Below, piece after piece: positions 62,725 through 64,000 of a stretch of DNA of 64,000 nucleotides. Every line of letters begins with the position of its first letter. The first letter of the stretch is position 1. A program made the translations under genes and the position numbers. A model generated the notes under the pieces. That model saw only the letters and a program-made list of their open reading frames with translations. It was not told where the DNA came from and searched no databases. The stretch comes from Sphaerodactylus townsendi (taxonomy: Eukaryota), in contig NC_059425.1 in NCBI RefSeq assembly GCF_021028975.2, positions 121,644,001 through 121,708,000 on the forward strand. Direction: 5' to 3'.

Positions 62725-63645
62725 GGGGGATTTCACGCCGCCGGTGTGGGAGGGGGTCTCATTGGCACCGACCCCCTCAGTTCGCAGCCTGGGGGTCCAC
62801 CTGGATTCGTCTCTTTCGATGGAGACCCAGGTGGCCCAAGTAACCCGGGTTGCCTTTTTCCATCTTCGGCAGGCCCAGCGGCTGGCCCCCTTCCTCTCCC
62901 AGGTGGATCTGGCCACGGTGATCCGTGCGACGGTCACCTCCAGACTAGACTATTGCAACTCGCTCTACGCAGGCCTGCCCTTGAGGTTGATTCGGAAATT
63001 GAAACTGGTCCAGCATGCGGTGGCTCGTCTGCTCATGGGAGGTGCCATCAGAGACCATATCATGCCCGTGTTGCGCCGCCTGCACTGGCTCCCAGTTGAG
63101 TTCCGAATCATCTTCAAGGTATTGGTGTTAACCTTTAAGGCCTTACGCGGTCTGGGACCTTCGTACCTAAGGGACCGTCTGGCCCCATATGTCCCACGTC
63201 GGTCTCTGCGTTCGGTAGAGGCCAACTTGCTGGAGATTCCCGCCCCCTCCATGATGCGGTTGGCCTCTACCAGGGCCAGGGCTTTCACGGCCCTGGCCCC
63301 TGCCTGGTGGAATGCTCTCCCTCCAGTTGTCCGGGCCCTGCGGGACCTAAATGAATTCCGCAGGGCCTGTAAGACTGAGCTATTCCGCCGGGCCTTTGGG
63401 GAGGCCGGCTGCTGATTATGCCCGTTAACAGCTTGGACCCACTGTTCCCCCTCTCAGAGGAGTTTAAATGGTCATACGCCATCTGTATTTTAAATGGTTA
63501 AGAACTTAAGCACTGCATTTTAATATTTAATATTTAATATTGTATTTTATCCTTCCACTTGTTTGTATTAATGTTGTAAACCGCCCTGAGCCCCTCGGGG
63601 GAGGGCGGTATATAAGTGGAACAAATAAATAAAATAAATAAATAA
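62725..63645 (+). mobile_element. Young 5'-truncated L2 LINE in METTL24 intron 1
   Basis: Uninterrupted 223-aa ORF2 C-terminus (LGVHLDSSL, SRLDYCNSL, LHWLPV, WNALP); tail TTGTAAACCGCCCTGAGCC...GGGCGGTATATAAG(TAAA)n. Confidence 0.92.
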
Positions 63646-64000
63646 CACATCTGGTTCAGCTGCCCCGGATGCCTTTTATGCCCCTGGGCCCCTACCACTC
63701 CAGGGGAGGTATGATGTGGAAGGATAGTGGATGCCCACTGACCCAAGTTGTATCCCCTTTGTTTCAGAAAAGAGCACCTGTCAACCCCCTCCTCCTCCAA
63801 TGCATGTTGCTACACTGAATTCAGACAGTGGGCGATAGACTCTTTGTGAAAGGTGACCCTTCTTAGTAATGCCTCCTCATTTTGGCATCCGTTCACCCTA
63901 ATGGGTGCTGCCTAGCCAAAGGGAGAGGGTTGGAATGGGAGGTGCCCCAAAGAGCTTAGTGCAGCACTATCTCAAATGTCTCCTGGAGACATGCTGCCAG

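Noticed and set aside
60960-64000. GC-balanced sequence around the L2 with faint Myb/SANT-like words on the minus strand (possible decayed Harbinger ORF)
   Set aside because: Too degenerate to support without a profile search; no METTL24 exon 2 was seen in the window either.

Overview
Vertebrate (squamate, most likely gecko-type, judged from the SINE/MITE complement) genomic DNA, not prokaryotic. It carries three + strand spliced genes in the same order as in human. These are the last six coding exons of SLC22A16 (6591-15980), the complete CDS of D-aspartate oxidase DDO (27458-41479; 4 coding exons, 341 aa, PTS1 -AKL) and the CpG-island first exon of METTL24 (57866-58201). The rest is intronic or intergenic and dense in transposable elements: a near full-length disabled CR1 LINE; L2, L1 and Rex1-like fragments; Penelope-like relics with hammerhead-ribozyme cores; tRNA- and 5S-derived SINEs; a probable solo LTR; and many non-autonomous DNA transposons with readable TIRs/TSDs. 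Almost all short ORFs in the track are noise. I cannot support a new protein-coding system. The best leads are: (i) seven hairpin MITEs sharing one core under five different hAT-type termini, one copy showing a template-switch duplication at its junction; (ii) an intact minimal hammerhead core at 44082-44123 (-); (iii) unusual splice architecture in DDO (GAG acceptor on a frame-symmetric exon, competing PTC-generating acceptor); (iv) two ~97% identical hAT copies in inverted orientation bracketing DDO; (v) an unclassified ~930-bp element with ~84-bp TIRs. Repeat family names are from recall and need database confirmation.
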